Positions 53,479 through 55,655 of a DNA stretch of 55,655 nt are shown here, piece after piece (the first letter of the stretch is position 1; every line of letters starts with the position of its first letter). A model generated the notes under the pieces. That model was not told the DNA's origin. It saw only the letters and a list, made by a program, of their open reading frames with translations, and did no database searches. Source of the DNA: a virus (lineage: Duplodnaviria > Caudoviricetes); IMG/VR virus record IMGVR_UViG_3300014311_000014, positions 1 through 55,655 of that record. One strand, given 5' to 3'. Position numbers and translations under genes: made by a program.

Positions 53479-54261
53479 ATGAAACAAACAACGCACACAA
53501 ACCCGGACGGACGCGTCGTAACTTACATGCTCGGATCCTATGCGATCATCGGATCCCACGCGATCCTCGAAGCCGGCGCGATCCTCGAAGCCGGCGCGCG
53601 TATCGAAGCTTGCGCGATCATCGGATCCCACGCGATCCTCGGATCCAACGCGCGCATCGGAACCCACGCGAGCATCGGATCCAACGCGCGCATCGGATCC
53701 CACGCGAACATCAGAGCTTGCGCGAGCATCGGATCCTATGCGATCCTCGGATCCAACGCGCGCATCGGAACCCACGCGAGCATCGGAACCCACGCGAGCA
53801 TCGAAGCAGGCGCGATCATCGGAGCCGGCGCGCGCATCGGATCCCACGCGCGCATCAGAGCTTGCGCGCGCATCGGAGACGGCGCGAGCGTGGGATCCCA
53901 CGCGCGCATCGGATCCCACGCGCGCATCGAAGCAGGCGCGATCATCGGAGCCGGCGCGCGCATCGAAGTCGGCGCGATCATCGGATCCCACGCGCGCATC
54001 GAAACCGGCGCGATCATCGCATCCCACGCGCGCATCCTCAAGCCTGCCGATTACCTTGGGGGAAGCGGCGATTACCGATGGGACGTTTATAAAGGGCAAG
54101 GCGATGTCCCTACGCTCCGCTACGGATGCGAAACACTCCCGCTCCAGTCCTGGACGGCGCGCGAACAAGCGCGCCTGTGCAAGCTGCACGATCCCGGTGC
54201 AAGCGCGGACCTTGCTCGTGTCGTGAGAATCGCTCGCGCATGGGCACGGGGGCTCGACTGA
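53479..54261 (+). CDS. Hexapeptide-repeat (left-handed beta-helix) protein
   Basis: About 28 IGSHAR/IEAGAI-type hexads encoded by 18-bp DNA repeats. Confidence 0.88.
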   Translation: MKQTTHTNPDGRVVTYMLGSYAIIGSHAILEAGAILEAGARIEACAIIGSHAILGSNARIGTHASIGSNARIGSHANIRACASIGSYAILGSNARIGTHASIGTHASIEAGAIIGAGARIGSHARIRACARIGDGASVGSHARIGSHARIEAGAIIGAGARIEVGAIIGSHARIETGAIIASHARILKPADYLGGSGDYRWDVYKGQGDVPTLRYGCETLPLQSWTAREQARLCKLHDPGASADLARVVRIARAWARGLD

Positions 54262-54269
54262 TGTCGCGC

Positions 54270-54339
54270 GGAACCGACCCAGCCCGACTACAAGGAACCG
54301 ACAAGGAACCGACAAGGAACCGACCACAAGGAACCGACA
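54270..54339. repeat. ACAAGGAACCGAC short tandem repeats
   Basis: Four copies of CAAGGAACCGAC plus one partial copy directly upstream of ATG 54342. Confidence 0.85.
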
Positions 54340-54341
54340 TC

Positions 54342-55274
54342 ATGCAAAGCAACAATCAACCGACCCCTACCGACTACGAGGACGAGCTGCCGGAGATGTG
54401 TGAATGCGAGGGCCCGGGCTGCGCGTGCAGCGGGACGTGCGCCAAGGATGCCACCATGGCGCTCCGCCGCATCGACATGGACGGCGCGCCCGTCCGTTTC
54501 TGCGACGACTGCGGCGGGGACGCGCTCGATTCCGGGCTCTTCGGGAGCGCCGAGGACGACGACGACGACGACGAGCCGGAGGACGAGCCCGACGACGAAC
54601 CGGCGCCCGGGGACTACGTGGTGTCGTCCAACGGCTTCCGGCTCTCGGTCGGCATCGTCGAGGGCGCGCACGTCGGAGACTTCGCCGAGGATGAGGACGC
54701 GGAGGACGCCATCCGCGAGCATCGCGCGAGCACGTCGCCCGAGTTCTTCCCGGAAGTTTGGCACGTCTCCGACCATGGCAACGTCTCGCGGTACGCCGAG
54801 GACGGCTTCCCGTGGGAAGCGCCCGCGCCGGAACTCGACCGGGAAGCCGTCGAGGCTCCGGCCGCGCGCGCCAGTGCTTTGGCCGAGCTGCTCGACATCG
54901 CCCCGGAGGACGTGCAAGAAGCTACCTACGGCGAGCACACCTACGACGCTGACGGCGGGGCCTTCCTCGTCCTCACGGACGAGGAAGCCGACGAGGCGGC
55001 GCGAGAGGCGATCCGCGAATTGGTGTGGGCCTTCCGGCCCGAGTTCGTCGCGGGGTACGTCCCCGAGGGGATCGACGCGGACACGTTGAGAGCGATCCAG
55101 GGCGAGCGGTGCGAGGACGCGAACGCGCCCATCCTGGCGCTCATCGAAGCGGGCGCAGGCTTCGACGACTTCGCGGCGGATGCGATCGCGACCGACGGCC
55201 GCGGACACTTCCTCTCGCAGTACGACGGCGAGGAACGCGAGGCGGGCGAGTTCTACGTCTACCGCACGAACTGA
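54342..55274 (+). CDS. Highly acidic early protein with Cys-rich N-terminus
   Basis: CECEGPGC...FCDDC; poly-Asp; C-terminal DGRGHFLSQYDGEE. Confidence 0.8.
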   Translation: MQSNNQPTPTDYEDELPEMCECEGPGCACSGTCAKDATMALRRIDMDGAPVRFCDDCGGDALDSGLFGSAEDDDDDDEPEDEPDDEPAPGDYVVSSNGFRLSVGIVEGAHVGDFAEDEDAEDAIREHRASTSPEFFPEVWHVSDHGNVSRYAEDGFPWEAPAPELDREAVEAPAARASALAELLDIAPEDVQEATYGEHTYDADGGAFLVLTDEEADEAAREAIRELVWAFRPEFVAGYVPEGIDADTLRAIQGERCEDANAPILALIEAGAGFDDFAADAIATDGRGHFLSQYDGEEREAGEFYVYRTN

Positions 55275-55514
55275 CATGACGACATCCAACAGACTACCCG
55301 AGCAGAATCGGGCCGAGGACGTGACCGGCGCGGCGGATTCGCTGCCCGTGCTCGCGGAACCGATGCCGTGCGCCGGTCTCGCATGAGCCGACTACGGCGC
55401 GCTTGGCGCGCGCGCCCAGCGCTGGGGAGATTGGTCTATTGGCTTGCAGCGCTGGCGCTGCGCACTCGACCTTGACCATCGGCCCGTGGCACTCGCCACG
55501 GGCCGCTTGCTTTG

Positions 55515-55655
55515 GGCTCGCCTGCGGGGCTCCCGGCTCGCCTGCGGGGCTCCGGCTCGCCTGCGGGGCTCCGGCTCGCCTGCGGGGCTCCGGCTCGCCT
55601 GCGGGGCTCCGGCTCGCCTGCGGGGCTCCGGCTCGCCTGCGGGGCTCCGGCTCGC
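55515..55655. repeat. 19-bp tandem repeat, continuous with positions 1-202
   Basis: About 7 units of GGCTCGCCTGCGGGGCTCC running off the end of the window. Confidence 0.98.

Noticed and set aside
55276-55514. Short ORFs leading into the terminal repeat
   Set aside because: No RBS or coding-like composition; cannot be supported.
1-55655. Lysogeny module, diversity-generating retroelement or retron
   Set aside because: No integrase, CI-like repressor, ParA or reverse-transcriptase motif was recognised.

Overview
The window appears to be an essentially complete genome of a GC-rich, long-tailed (siphovirus-like) dsDNA bacteriophage. It was opened inside a 19-bp tandem repeat that occupies both ends. 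Layout: early/accessory genes (52.9 kb to end, continuing at 0.4-6.7 kb), including a GGDEF diguanylate cyclase, a DEDDh exonuclease and an HD hydrolase. A replication block follows (primase-helicase, Cas4-like exonuclease, MazG, SNF2-type helicase, ATP-dependent ligase, family-A polymerase, dATP/dGTP diphosphohydrolase, RuvC, metallophosphoesterase, two HNH endonucleases). The portal is transcribed divergently from a head/tail operon (XkdF-type protease/scaffold, lambda D/E-like capsid proteins, tail tube, tape measure, GTA-like tail tip). A minus-strand packaging/accessory block (44.6-51.8 kb) carries the large terminase, ClpP, lipoproteins and a collagen-like protein. I could not recognise an integrase, CI-type repressor, endolysin, tRNA or CRISPR array. 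The most unusual observations are: (1) a catalytically dead paralog of the terminase ATPase domain directly upstream of terL; (2) face-to-face late promoters with paired CTGCCA-N4-GGCAG palindromes between them, which recur beside the terminal repeat; (3) a densely structured non-coding region at 44.3-44.6 kb; (4) a membrane/lipoprotein/protease cluster with no recognisable endolysin; (5) a non-canonical PolA O-helix alongside three nucleotide hydrolases. All family assignments come from motif recognition by eye, not from database searches.
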